A stretch of 64,000 nucleotides of DNA from an uncultured virus (IMG/VR IMGVR_UViG_3300030085_003517) (Duplodnaviria > Heunggongvirae > Uroviricota > Caudoviricetes). The translations under genes were made by a program, and so were the position numbers. Positions 35,801 through 41,204 of the stretch are shown here, in pieces. The notes under the pieces were generated by a model. The model worked only from the letters and a program-made list of their open reading frames with translations. It did not search any database and was not told where the DNA came from. Numbering within the stretch: position 1 is the first letter of the stretch; each line of letters starts with the position of its first letter. Location: the IMG/VR virus record IMGVR_UViG_3300030085_003517; one strand, written 5' to 3'.

Positions 35801-37703
35801 CGGTATATCCAGAAATTGCAGACGCTGCTCTAGCACATCCAACAAATTTGCACTTTTCGTAACCATGACCAGGATGAATCAATTCAAAACCAGTAATTTC
35901 TCCAAGACCAGTTTCCGTAGATGCTTTTGCGTTGGGAGGTGCTTGAATTACGATAGTAGGAGGGTGATCAGGGCTATAGTTAGAGCCAAAATTCGTAATA
36001 TTGATATCAGTGATTTGACCATTGAAAATAGAAGCAGCTGCTGTAGCGTTTACACCACCAATGTAATTTCCTTGTGCATCGGTGCGATCATCAACAATAT
36101 AAACCGAAGGGATATCCTCATATCCACTACCACCAGTAAGTAACTCAATATCAATAACTCTACCATTACCATCAACCTTTGTTTCAAGGACTTGAGCACC
36201 AACAGGGTCAATAACTCTCAGTCTGGGGACCGTTTCATAACCTTGTCCAGGATTGAGAATATTGACAGCAGTAATTTGACCAAACTCATCTAAAGTAGTA
36301 GAGAATGCTGCTTTAATTCCATTTTCGCCAGTAGGCTCGTCAACATAGATTGCTGGAGGAGTAGTATAACCAAAACCATCATCGAGAATAGTGATTGGTC
36401 CAACTAATGCTCCCGAAATGATTGTCGGGGGTGCAAGTTTGGCACCGCCAGGTTGAATGAAGGTAATTCTGGGAGTAAAGGTATATCCACTACCAGAAGA
36501 GTGTAATAACAACTCAGTTACAGATCCATCAGTAACAACTGCTCTAATATTAGCAGGTTTAGATCCATTTTGAGTAGGATTCTCAACACTTACAATTGGT
36601 GGGTTAGTTTCACTATAACCTTTACCACCATCAAGAAGTGTTACCGACTTAAGACCGTTAATATAGGGACTAACTGCTGCATCTCCTCCAGTAGGTGATT
36701 TGATAGTAACTTTAGGAGGATATTCAAATCTATAACCTCCACCAGTGTTACTGACAACAACTTGAGAGATTTCACCAGAATCATTTACCCTAGAGAAACC
36801 AACTGCACCATTACCAAAAGATGGAATTGCAGATTCGATAGAATATAATGAAAGTCTTCTACCAATAAGAGGGACAAAGTTGAGAGTAATTCTGCTTCCG
36901 TCAAAAGTATAATCAACTTTAGGAATCAGAAGATTGTTATCATAAATTGCAATAACATACTCATCAACGATTGGTGCATATCTCTGAGAATTTCTAGTTA
37001 CCTCAAAGGTGCTCTTATTTTCACCAAAAGCACCAGAAAGATTATCTAACTGATAAATCGTATCCTCAATAAAACCATTCAGATAAATGATTTCACAAGA
37101 TTCGATGGAATCAGCAACTGTAGACGCTCTAGGAGGAGTCGTAAAGGTAATATTAGTGCCATTGATGACAAAATCATCACCAGGAATCATAATGTCATTA
37201 TAGAGTTTTACAATGACATGAAAATTAGAAGGAGGTGCAATAGGAGAATCCTGTGACTGTAAAGGGAAAGTCCTTCTAGTGCCATCAATCTGATCAAAGA
37301 TATTTGTTAACTCTCTCCACTTCAGTTTTACCTGATCATAAGACACACCAGGGCTAAGAGCAATACTTGGCGAAGGGATTGCCCGTTCATAAAAAATTAC
37401 CTCATTTCCAATGAGAATTGTGCCGTCAGTCTCCAGAAAATTATCAATGTTTTCAACAACAATCTCACTATCAAAAGTAGTAGCATCCGCAACCGTAGTA
37501 GTGCTACCACCTAGGATATCAACATTTAACTTATCAATATTCAGTAATTCTACAAAAGAGTTGACGATATTTTGACCATATCCTGTCTTCTCTTGTGATC
37601 TATAATAATATTCGACAAACTTCTTGAACAGAGGATGATAATCCTCTATAAACTGCGGAGTCTGGGTAACTGCGCGACGGGAGACTTTATTTACGGTTGC
37701 CAT
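17889..37703 (-). CDS. gp7: Giant gp7-like baseplate wedge initiator (about 6600 aa, multidomain)
   Basis: Directly downstream of gp6; PQFIEDYHPLFKKFVEYYY, FYSTKGT...LFKLLYG, IQDSYFYQDFSY and HPAGFKVFG motifs; contains YHYH-like, LamG-like and YPRATDP repeat domains; 10-N gap at 21988-21997. Confidence 0.85.
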   Translation of the reverse strand: MATVNKVSRRAVTQTPQFIEDYHPLFKKFVEYYYRSQEKTGYGQNIVNSFVELLNIDKLNVDILGGSTTTVADATTFDSEIVVENIDNFLETDGTILIGNEVIFYERAIPSPSIALSPGVSYDQVKLKWRELTNIFDQIDGTRRTFPLQSQDSPIAPPSNFHVIVKLYNDIMIPGDDFVINGTNITFTTPPRASTVADSIESCEIIYLNGFIEDTIYQLDNLSGAFGENKSTFEVTRNSQRYAPIVDEYVIAIYDNNLLIPKVDYTFDGSRITLNFVPLIGRRLSLYSIESAIPSFGNGAVGFSRVNDSGEISQVVVSNTGGGYRFEYPPKVTIKSPTGGDAAVSPYINGLKSVTLLDGGKGYSETNPPIVSVENPTQNGSKPANIRAVVTDGSVTELLLHSSGSGYTFTPRITFIQPGGAKLAPPTIISGALVGPITILDDGFGYTTPPAIYVDEPTGENGIKAAFSTTLDEFGQITAVNILNPGQGYETVPRLRVIDPVGAQVLETKVDGNGRVIDIELLTGGSGYEDIPSVYIVDDRTDAQGNYIGGVNATAAASIFNGQITDINITNFGSNYSPDHPPTIVIQAPPNAKASTETGLGEITGFELIHPGHGYEKCKFVGCARAASAISGYTETGDVIFSGDTDAAPHDSNSVVTCLDAVFVKRVLDKYIEEYLPDIPQLDYESIDVRSAIKNVKTFYSTKGTSFSFGYLFKLLYGEDISVSYPKDQLIKPSAATWSINTILRATLISGDPRNIRDAQIQQFADIADPNIRAANALVENYIAINTAESEIYELVLSEETIQGTFVVPYKTKLAEPLTATSDIITVDSTIGWPERNGEIVIGGTETVRYKEKSLNQFIECTRGVVGAPQIWDSATSVASNFRVYLNYGTINEVVMNIVGIVDAQQTNLTDTGSYYLPGDKLSVSKLGGTSTLPQLTTWLYNVKKLIEVSSITFGGVNNQSATVTCSAPHGLLVGDQVTVYGANPILYNGTFLVTSRDSQTVFQYQLPQPAAVEPQGNILISVDLNKGKSENAAILNAIGPYTTNVQNTFFNNQYVYVASTGIPNYEIGPFPGSALLPGNQRKLNRFNTTTTTISTKTAIVPGPIGTWVNGVSVWSYKSELSRTFGAVTAVNITNAGKEYDAASPPAITIAGGGGSGATAEVTVNGSLYEVEVNNGGSGYTSSPLVSIVGGGGSGGSATAIITKGVVSRILVNSGGSGYTSQPLITIVGGGGTGATATASVRGPIQQVDITEGGSSYTSKPTVTLSSGRGAVAQAIVNDGRIISIAIISAGVGYTTAPTVSIQGDGFGAIARAIIDTDGENAGRVTGVEILNRGIGYNQGTTVINLTSVGQDALFDADVFQWNYNLQETTPFDSAMGTVFEGYNIQYGGEYAHLSNPQRLRYILGDNLFKDSLGRILEQESQLEHSPIIGWAFDGNPIYGPYGYQDPTNQSSNIQRMRSSYSLKTQLVFNDITNPYPVRSDGPLLNEEPAGKFVEDYEYVFGSGDLDQYNGRFCKTPEYPQGRYCYFVTIDASENGLPVYPYILGPSYNSVVDIWNLKDSSVQQNIPTGVVRYRDPYENVDIDVERTPNASTNALTLENGDVLLFEVEDENRDGIITQDEIDDPDQVFEEAPLQLFDYFPSVKLDSKVDIEVETISKFENASVTGFTVENAGTNYQVNDRLIFDNEDTGGTGVSARVSKIKGESVLNYTYETLQGTNFGVLKTTQPHNLIAGDTLFVDYTPLMDNTNKTFTVRQYRGIEEIVVDQNGSGYNTDIPPSIIIDGDGESGEIEAIVDQVGAIKSFNILNSGSDYTKNPRVILSHPQVFKKADYYVTLLENNNWLKVNDIFISDTKEVYTCGTTLDASGNYVAFLAKLSATGVKEWEKTLETTVLGSDNYTEFQKLYVDGNDIWVAGNNRPNIPVLDAYNPDVILVKYEEAANGLSASLVFQKGYAGISGSTRSDNITSLQKLTDTRFLLGGFTNTNSGAPWDAFLAIVDTAGFFVAKRKLASDSSSEKITSMRTVDGAIYFTMETASADNSMDINVSFGKATAGVSSISIDWIKEVTNATYCFLNSSLAVDEFNEFYVVAGTRLKSDDVTKDGFWVGKFDNAGELLWDKRYFTGRDITLVDKSEIDIFGNLNVVYSKEDTTNKKLTFNSVKIKYDGTVLKNTENDFTTAANTTNTMEGFMPLTLGSDNSGDVHIYGQTKWNRQECIDTFSAAAATDLTGHHSVSIVGTSDSAIIENGVGKIYGYQPAGTNTVWENSYYKIPGTTLGTKLNGNWTLQFFVYKDGAQTLSQAQQTLIGIGGAQDTTGGLWLGYDTSGSGGSGSLQLVISNNTTRLDAASGLSSALTNMYAQNTWQVITLTKNGTNFKAFVNGIEVLDGNVTNTEFANKDIYIGNQIGWGAGATDFNAAYQGQFYIDHLVLKNRFVSPTVPTDITSLPTIGGFGLTYDWADDAWFTTNLNRYDYIEYVGAGIKVDKEAESNKIGTIGVLANSQLSLTRTAVAPVTGVSLNVSPTGYALGGEGFQALDFNDANTTHAEDTESLEISQDIWGSRTATIPAPGSQKVKATAVVKDRYFFKVTNTIKIDNVQRLTINQPFEFTMNSKLVLRNNNNFVNSGYIVDIDYANRYVYLAVNNNEWTNDLDVGQLSTEQFNEQSTYGILGPIPADINEMKNYLFPEVNNTTIGTFNIDMSNFDAPSDVGGSNNLHEFAKFKPFEDDQYRVRIDEISGTSPFIPGSVVSLSTATVTYNADYNTIQISGLTGVSKISLTTNLIKILQVDAVSNSDIVYVITDDSHYLNTNEMIYIDGNPSQESGGTVYDEYDGAFPVDSVISVKEFTYKLPNIAITSPSSNASNVSVFVKSPTLKMYYGHQYIFDLSHSSLVGGNLSFSKDSLYKLEYSFNSIERIGIPGVTGEGQPTPSVKFKVDPNIVTNISYYFDPSRAGDDSPVIAGSYLDVVGSPYAGNFTVSGVSGATITRGDDTLRFPLLNEPEGDADVSNVSYSTGSEKAVGSIADIRIVNKGGFYTRLPIVSGIQSNRKIERIQINEPGTEYAPGQYNNIPISGDGEGGLVNLTVENTTDDEGNTIPGQITQAIVSSSGKGYTTAFIDIASINGILGPSLAGSGADLEVVIPPFGTGASIFTQGSQVGKIKKLKNNNFGYDYPHDYTLRPEITFPINAQLTSTSILDSITVTDPGSGYSQAPAVVITGGGGFGATAESTIKNGRLDQILVKDPGSGYSSTPAVELKSSFNYVINLDLGLLQFAFPHGIQNGAEVTLNVVDTGEGADFPLSSGALGRLNGNTTYYAIAGAAQSLDDDQLKLAITATNAELGDSIGFVNAGVGRQQVLTSSFGGAATANVITSTFLEGELVYQGSTFETATATGYVSTNSGWQVGPRVLKIVDYDGDFVSGERVTGIISKSSGIISDLKIAKGVLEIGSITKTTGQFIDDVGKPSEIIQKIQDSYFYQDFSYALQSSVSISEWKDILIRNVHPAGFKVFGELNITDYSLIPNKETAFELTKSVELAQEAIVPNIQSFSLVEPVYQEFNNTEVLFRQKRLTSSENILTSVVQRLDNISNQFDGVKISFPLTVNGENIIASANQLMIILNGVVQTPEVSFKVENDSIVFSEPPKPPASVKYAQIEIAQINQVLYTFTNISGIFPNIGNTMVGTASSARATVTKVEGDTIQAFVTEGAFIGGELITVGATGFSANLDTETSITSNGLFTFNETVTNLEGDTAIVEEINLESGQETPLGTLRYGIGSSTAQFEVLTSDQSQFVVGENMQIASEILTISNVAAGGEAGISVITATRGQLGTQAISHLQNAPLYSTEITVTNSLILSKTAGTYQSTPGLFDIQLDDILIAASSGVVARVTATSPYQDPTTQEFISQVNISEGASFFGLLFNRITSINYQNVVLDDISASQISIVDFDDNATAFDSKFPANELVNNIVIDVVNTNGTLQEGEFIRNNRLDIGNAVGDFISDEEAVVRKLTHKDNTQGNGFFSAGNVIRNTTSKALVVGYNVARQTVYLGRMGRSKTTGEDYHSFNFVAGASLNTYNKRWGASSLALSPGTSVHTFVSGVADAITADNAATFTAATGTTYDPITGVMVVEIGSHSLTTSNTVTIAADGVVFTCAQDNNGSNKAYPRATDPQFGQQIAITAVTPTTITINVGTVPVDEYVTVNTSTEFGFGTNNFTLECWINPNSVAAGSKTILDLRSTATELAPYIYLDGANVKYFNNGSVVIAGTTNLVAGTWYHIALCRDGSNTRLFVNGTQDGTTYSDGSNYGSTKPIRIGGNYAGSSVFPGYIDELRVSTNSRYTANFTAPSGIHQGDATTVLLAHFDGTYGQQYTDDWSGVATWNNGDDFCNDAIRETQRQAGAPAGYNGKTHRYADAARLLENNADLLAKESVYLMRQQYPELVIPGTRFTPTGATYDASTGLLSMTVSNNTLTSGGQLTPTGATYDAATGVMVITKRDHGVTDGQRVNIKVDGIRFTCAQDGNGSNHDYPRATDPAAGRWLIVSNATANTFEINVGASPAGQQYAHTFVSAVSNCITVENDRIKIVNGALTFTCSSDNNQTEVTYPRATDPASKDQALPIISSSSTNLTVNVGTSPFVYFQPSTATYDPATGDFVMTIANHTLNVGTKLRLKNGGFTFTCAQDGNGSNHEYPRSTDPSYNTTLNISAVGTTTANITTGTTYVASTGVLTVKSTGHGLSAGNMIQIATDSLTFTCTMDSNATQHTYPRATDPISGKWVEVLSVVDADTFTINVGMSPPASQYTHTFVSATAGALIKQTGTVTVNVGISPAGQQYAHTFVSADSDAVITGGAYAHTFVSAVTNGVIGDEKINCEDDVRDVNASILRDLRNGSNSYTWDTSALYVDRTAIPVILNHVETEIDQTLWTYEKYAELAKKVINNELITIAGPHGETQFTDTTIYDSNNYGSLTQLTPTGATYDPATGDMEITVAGHPLTTASRVSLDTESFTFTCTADDNLLQTAYPRATDPAANRVLPVTATTTNTFTVNVGPSSQDDQYTHTFVSATTGAVDVLDYTSADCADVKTTIDNLVDILTDTLTNANAASPVDHLASVTKVIPAYEWKGAFVDALYEIEIPLTDVFNPDEVIYANQIDGDDRYRFKDAASLIRLNRSAIVDKTAVDMIDRYPELALSMPRNGDGSGAGTLRCKTDLGIILDGIATDLENGGNFNTVQGVSFYLGQNDEILHVRLQLLQSTYAHNXXXXRLAFYAKQAVTGDLTSDNTDSVIVGDWGITNDPGGCANVTSAIDTLIDLANNMLAPTGDRFRDAGDLLHFNKEFISDEATLVLDADFTYNLGPSSYRAFTYPSGNATGRENCKDDIKDILDSVISDLLTGGNSNTVKAIELYLSAAGGITQVEDEILPTIYAFQQVRFLGRKAIRNLLLDRGGGPTGDQYRAVYTFEIPYTDDTITDSTGDSTYTDNECADVIRAFDSLMDLIIDTLTPGGTASRGSGRMLLFNENYYRDEIQNRVTSQWGSGSWTYDSFLADMLDNTIHDMVTTDASNYITARNITLTGVSDEFTIGGTVTSSGGGEATILEWYPKMDMLIVGTVVGTAFADGQTLTNGAASGTIAASGVGATYNYYPTISNVETLKYARTVQSTVSGEVANTNLFTNPEQYSSNWTFTQGAFTDDVVTAPDGEFNADLAAPNTTVGQHLIYRDYNLTSFTTFDGEGARFDSGTETFDTGSRFESQTFTFSAVMKAKPGAAPFDKIRFAMILDPGATSKDVVFDLNLSDGSFGSIFADAGATVEAYGSVPLGDGWYRAFITLTFSFGIGVIRNQIFIKNNDGLISYAGDNSNGIYVWGAKLVKGGLDPYVSQSGVTFFADNDFNIKNYILDSLEEFYEQALNQTLVDPSPLASFIPYVNGGLASTYVTSSWMSVIRRNFSIIRNQLLNDTFITTIDNRSGVVVPGKTYGTRNIPVALGGDVGPADNIYGLSSDAYAEIEFIRQNEAKVVKIYQRFRISGDIVGDPEDFAVGEDLSSGVNTCTVYAKYEDENNKYFDVFVTNGSFAALNVLTGESGQTGEIGAIEDRIQVTNRRGTFDQSIEFKGYTSGATADVEELHLAEGAVLTNTGGKLTLDTASLVGEFETTSVVYPESSSEYLEVAKFAGFDVKVGDRVASAGHVRLGINIVNNQNTFVVGNYVYKVISGVLRDNSNYGIITEVDLDNNYIYVSIVAGDIANGDFVGDYGVGDVPLGFATVSTKIIVAGAAAGLVQDIQVAGVNKRLYLTDVIGTFSNRDTIISVDNYRAAVVEREILRARVRRFFRGFDGVQTSFKLTNNNGDPYFPDPAGHMLIFVNGILQPPGATNAYTAFSDQIQFSEAPELGSSFTGFYVGKLRQLDDISFDFDSLRQSFNLKRDGTFYSLTLTDGVVSSTIRPENNIIISLNGVIQEPGVGFEIVGSRIIFSEIPRVGSTFVAFSYIGSDQDVEAADIVPPIEPGDFIDIQGETDDREVAVIESSNSLITFDYLGSIFGKGANATANLTSGRVESVSVTAGGSGYTSRPNVRIDSISGFDAQIRALVGVSGVVISNPGSGYQNPSIAVETTVPDDWVAPNLADYGEEIIDPEIL
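22585..25480 (-). repeat. Six protein-level repeats (ATYDPxTG...FTCxxD...YPRxTDP...HTFVSA) inside gp7
   Basis: YPRATDP/YPRSTDP near 25260, 24170, 23945, 23685, 23465 and 22700. Confidence 0.85.
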
Positions 37704-37709
37704 TTATAT

Positions 37710-39731
37710 TCAGAAACAAGTGTTATCTGGGATGTCGCCAGGTCCAGTGAGATCAGGAATTACAATAGTTGTCGGAGCTGATTCAAACTGTCCAGGATTA
37801 AGACTATTTATTGGGATAGTGGGAGGTGGAGTCGTGCCAGAAGGTCTAACTGTAATCTGAGGAACTGGGATTTCGATAACAGTATCTGGCTCAGGTGTGC
37901 CAATAATTCCAGGGTTTGCAGGAATTGCTTCTACAGGAATTTTGGGTTCTCCAATATTATCAATATCATCATCAGTTGGATTAGGTGGTAAGTTATTACC
38001 TCCAGTGCCAATAATATTTACAGGTCCAAAACAGACTTTTCCAGTCTCATAATTGATTGTGCCTGCATTGGTGCTAGTAACAATCTTTCTGTTACCACTG
38101 TTATAGAATGTAAGCAGTTTTCCGAAACCATCATCTTCAAAATATTGATCAACATTAGGGAATTCTACCGTGCGGAATCTTCCTGATTGGATAATCGGCT
38201 CTTTATTACAGGGGTCACCACTATCACCACTAGGAGCAGGTTTAGATGGAGCACTATCAAAGAGTGGGTTACCAAAAGTAAAGCAATATGTATTGGTTTC
38301 AGTCAGATTCGGATTGACATACTTGAGCATGACAACCTGAGAAGAAACGTCAGTAATACAAGCATCAGACTCTGTAATTGCTTTATGGAAAGCAGAAAGT
38401 TTGAATTGATTACCAAAGTTGTTAATTTCTGTCTGTGCTGCCCAATTGGTGATTGCATTTTGGACATTAGACTCAATTGCAGTCACATTTCTTGCAGAGC
38501 AAGCAGTATCATAAGTAACAAATACTCTAGGATAGATAAAGACAGATTTTGCATCTGTAATAACAGGCTCAATAGATGCCATTGCATATCTTCTCATCAT
38601 GGCAGAGAGAGACTTCTTAGTTGCGTCATTCAACTGAGATCCCGTCTTAGTCTTGATTGCAATAAAAACCTTTCCGTAGATAGGCGGAGATAACTCATCA
38701 CCACCAAATGCAACTGCACTCAAAACATTATCATAGATTCTCTTAATAATGACCTCGTAGTCATTTGTAGTAACTGCTCTGTATTGTGCGCTATACCACC
38801 TGGGAGCATTATATTTAATGGACTCAACACTTTCAATAGGACTACCAAGTTGACCAGTCTCCATGACGGTCAAACTAATTTTAGATGAATCGCTATTGTC
38901 ATAGAGACGACCATTACTATCCACCATTTCACCTTTAAAGGCGAATGACTTAGTGCCGTTTGCTTCTTCACCAGAAGTAACAACATATTCTAAATTAATG
39001 ATCTCACCATCAGTGAGTTTTCTACCACTAGTGTTGTCACCAAAAGTAATTTCAAATCTCTGATCCTGATCTTCATCTAGGAAGTAAATACGATCAGTTG
39101 CTCTAACACTAGTTAAATTTTCTACTCTATTATAAACATCTGCACTAGTGCTAGATGCATTTGCTCTAACACTAACTTTCAATGTTGATGTATCCGCATC
39201 AGCACTGGGAATGATATATCTCGTGGGATTAAATGTATCTACTGTATATTTAAAATTGACAACAGATCCTTCATATGCAGTAACACATTCAAATACAGCA
39301 CTACAACTTGCAGGATCAACAACTACAGTTTGATCTTCTAAAATATTCCAAATATACTTTCCACCCGCAGCAATAGGACCCTTCTTTAGGGTAATATTAT
39401 TCGGACACACTCCATCATCCCCAGGTACTGTCGTAACAACGATGTTAAACGCTGCTCTAGACGCCAGAGGGGACTTTGGCGTGTAGTTAAACATCTTGGC
39501 AAGGGAAACGATGTTATCCCTTACTGTAGCGGATTGTAGGAATGCCTCATTCAACGACATGTTAGCAAGATATGCCGTATAATAAGTATTATACGCCAAC
39601 ATATCGATGAGGTAGGACAAACCAGATCCCTCAAAGTCATAATCAGAGAATTCATCTCTAGTTTTGAGATAACTCTTGATTGATGACTTAATGTCATCAA
39701 AATTTAATGCTGTTAAGTTATTGGGGAGCAT
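37710..39731 (-). CDS. gp6: Baseplate wedge subunit gp6 (673 aa)
   Basis: LNFDDIKSSIKSYL...FSDYDFEGSGLSYLIDMLAYNTYY, ESVESIKYNAP..YSAQYRAVT..DY, GTINYETG. Confidence 0.92.
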   Translation of the reverse strand: MLPNNLTALNFDDIKSSIKSYLKTRDEFSDYDFEGSGLSYLIDMLAYNTYYTAYLANMSLNEAFLQSATVRDNIVSLAKMFNYTPKSPLASRAAFNIVVTTVPGDDGVCPNNITLKKGPIAAGGKYIWNILEDQTVVVDPASCSAVFECVTAYEGSVVNFKYTVDTFNPTRYIIPSADADTSTLKVSVRANASSTSADVYNRVENLTSVRATDRIYFLDEDQDQRFEITFGDNTSGRKLTDGEIINLEYVVTSGEEANGTKSFAFKGEMVDSNGRLYDNSDSSKISLTVMETGQLGSPIESVESIKYNAPRWYSAQYRAVTTNDYEVIIKRIYDNVLSAVAFGGDELSPPIYGKVFIAIKTKTGSQLNDATKKSLSAMMRRYAMASIEPVITDAKSVFIYPRVFVTYDTACSARNVTAIESNVQNAITNWAAQTEINNFGNQFKLSAFHKAITESDACITDVSSQVVMLKYVNPNLTETNTYCFTFGNPLFDSAPSKPAPSGDSGDPCNKEPIIQSGRFRTVEFPNVDQYFEDDGFGKLLTFYNSGNRKIVTSTNAGTINYETGKVCFGPVNIIGTGGNNLPPNPTDDDIDNIGEPKIPVEAIPANPGIIGTPEPDTVIEIPVPQITVRPSGTTPPPTIPINSLNPGQFESAPTTIVIPDLTGPGDIPDNTCF

Positions 39732-40147
39732 TATGGCCTCTTTAATACAAAACTAATTTGCTCAGTGATTGGCAATCCAATAATTTCATATTGAATAGAC
39801 ACATTCATTGCGTTTGCATCATAATCTGCGATAACTTCCACCAATTCTAAAGCAATTCTAGGCTCAAAGTTTTGAATGGTGTTTGTGATCTCCATTCTAA
39901 TTCTATCTACCAAGAAAGGATCCATAGGCTCAAACAATAAGTCTGTAACGCTGGATCCAAATCTAGGATTAAAAAATTTCTCACCAGGAACGGTCAAAAT
40001 CAGATTTTTGACCGATTGCTTGATTGCATCCTGATTCGTAACTTTGGTTGTGTCTTTAGTAAAAGGATTTTTCAAGAAATTCATAGAAATATCAGAAAAA
40101 TTTCTAGATTTCTTAAAATCTTTACTAGTTAACGGTTTTAGAGCCAT
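39731..40147 (-). CDS. gp25: Baseplate wedge subunit gp25 (138 aa)
   Basis: AIKQSVKNLILTVPGEKFFNPRFGS...LLFEP...IQNFEPRI (GPW/gp25 family). Confidence 0.92.
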   Translation of the reverse strand: MALKPLTSKDFKKSRNFSDISMNFLKNPFTKDTTKVTNQDAIKQSVKNLILTVPGEKFFNPRFGSSVTDLLFEPMDPFLVDRIRMEITNTIQNFEPRIALELVEVIADYDANAMNVSIQYEIIGLPITEQISFVLKRP

Positions 40148-40302
40148 CTTTCAAGAAAGTTTCCGTGACGGACTTTATTATTAGTCCGCTTTGCCGCCAA
40201 ATTTAGATAACGATCTGATTTTGGGTCCGTAATTAAGACTACAGTTCCGAAATCTTTATTCATCATCTCAGGTACATGATCTGGGACGGGATTATTCGCC
40301 AT
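40138..40302 (-). CDS. Small hypothetical protein (54 aa, MANNPVPDHVPEMMNKDFGTVVLITDPKSDRYL...), not in the ORF track
   Basis: Translated manually; overlaps the gp25 start; downstream of a late promoter. Confidence 0.65.
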   Translation of the reverse strand: MANNPVPDHVPEMMNKDFGTVVLITDPKSDRYLNLAAKRTNNKVRHGNFLERWL

Positions 40303-40359
40303 TTTAGGTTAAAAGCAATGTAAACAGAACTTTTAATGGGGTTTCTATCCCTCGTGTTT

Positions 40360-40366
40360 TATTTAT
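40360..40366 (-). promoter_or_regulatory. T4-type late promoter (ATAAATA)
   Basis: Overlaps the stop codon of 40363..40527. Confidence 0.6.
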
Positions 40367-40527
40367 GACGGTTCTTCGAGAGACCAAGTAGGTGGGTGAA
40401 AATGACAATACTCATTGAAAGTGATTTTCATCTCTTTATTCGTCAAATTTGCGTGTTTTGCTGCTTTTGGCAAATTCCATTTTGCCGTAAACAGCATTTC
40501 CATAGACTCACGGGTCTCAGGTCTCAT
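40363..40527 (-). CDS. Small hypothetical protein (54 aa, MRPETRESMEMLFTAKWNLPKAAKHANLTNKEMKITFNEYC...), not in the ORF track
   Basis: Translated manually; ATGA overlap with the upstream gene. Confidence 0.7.
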   Translation of the reverse strand: MRPETRESMEMLFTAKWNLPKAAKHANLTNKEMKITFNEYCHFHPPTWSLEEPS

Positions 40528-40670
40528 TTACCTTGACCACGATACCGCTTTTTCGCCTTGTTACTGGATGTTGCAGCATATTTTGTGTGCTGACCAGATC
40601 CTTGACGAGTTTTCTTGGGAATTGAATCGATAAAAACATTACCAAGAAGCGATTTTTTCATTTTTGCCAT
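40524..40670 (-). CDS. Small basic protein (48 aa, MAKMKKS...KKRYRGQGK)
   Basis: Start reassigned to the ATG at 40670, just after the PAAR stop; very K/R-rich. Confidence 0.7.
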   Translation of the reverse strand: MAKMKKSLLGNVFIDSIPKKTRQGSGQHTKYAATSSNKAKKRYRGQGK

Positions 40671-40672
40671 AA

Positions 40673-41194
40673 TTAAGCTCCAATAAAGACGTTTGCTGAT
40701 CCTGTAGAGATCAAAGATAGACACGGAGGTCCAAGAGGGTCACCAACTCTACATGCTCTCTTACCCATGATAAAGACAGTTGCACTAGTAGCAGTTGCTT
40801 TTCTAATATGAGCACCGCCACCCGCAATATCCTCTACACAAAGATTCTGTGTTGGACATGGGACAATTGCTGCACAGTTTGGTGGAGTCACCAATGGCAC
40901 CAACTGTGTGCATGTTGGTGGATGATTGGTCAAAATATCCTGATCCAAGATCGGACAGATATTATTGATCAATACTGTAGGGACAATAGGTTGCATGGGC
41001 AACTGAGGGAATGGTGGCCACATATTAGTGCCATCCATTGCAGCAATAGTCAATTTAGGCACTACTGCTGGACAAGGAGTGCCACAAGGGTTTTCTTGCC
41101 ACTTGTTTGCTGGCACACATGTACCATGACCCGTGTCTTTCCCTGTATAGATTGCTGCCGCACCTGGCAACCCTGTAATTGGACCTGCTGGCAT
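40673..41194 (-). CDS. PAAR-like spike tip protein (gp5.4-like), Cys/Pro-rich (173 aa)
   Basis: D..GHG, ILTNH, TVFIMGKRACRVGDPLG...ISTGSANVFIGA. Confidence 0.75.
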   Translation of the reverse strand: MPAGPITGLPGAAAIYTGKDTGHGTCVPANKWQENPCGTPCPAVVPKLTIAAMDGTNMWPPFPQLPMQPIVPTVLINNICPILDQDILTNHPPTCTQLVPLVTPPNCAAIVPCPTQNLCVEDIAGGGAHIRKATATSATVFIMGKRACRVGDPLGPPCLSLISTGSANVFIGA

Positions 41195-41204
41195 TTTACT
41201 TTAA

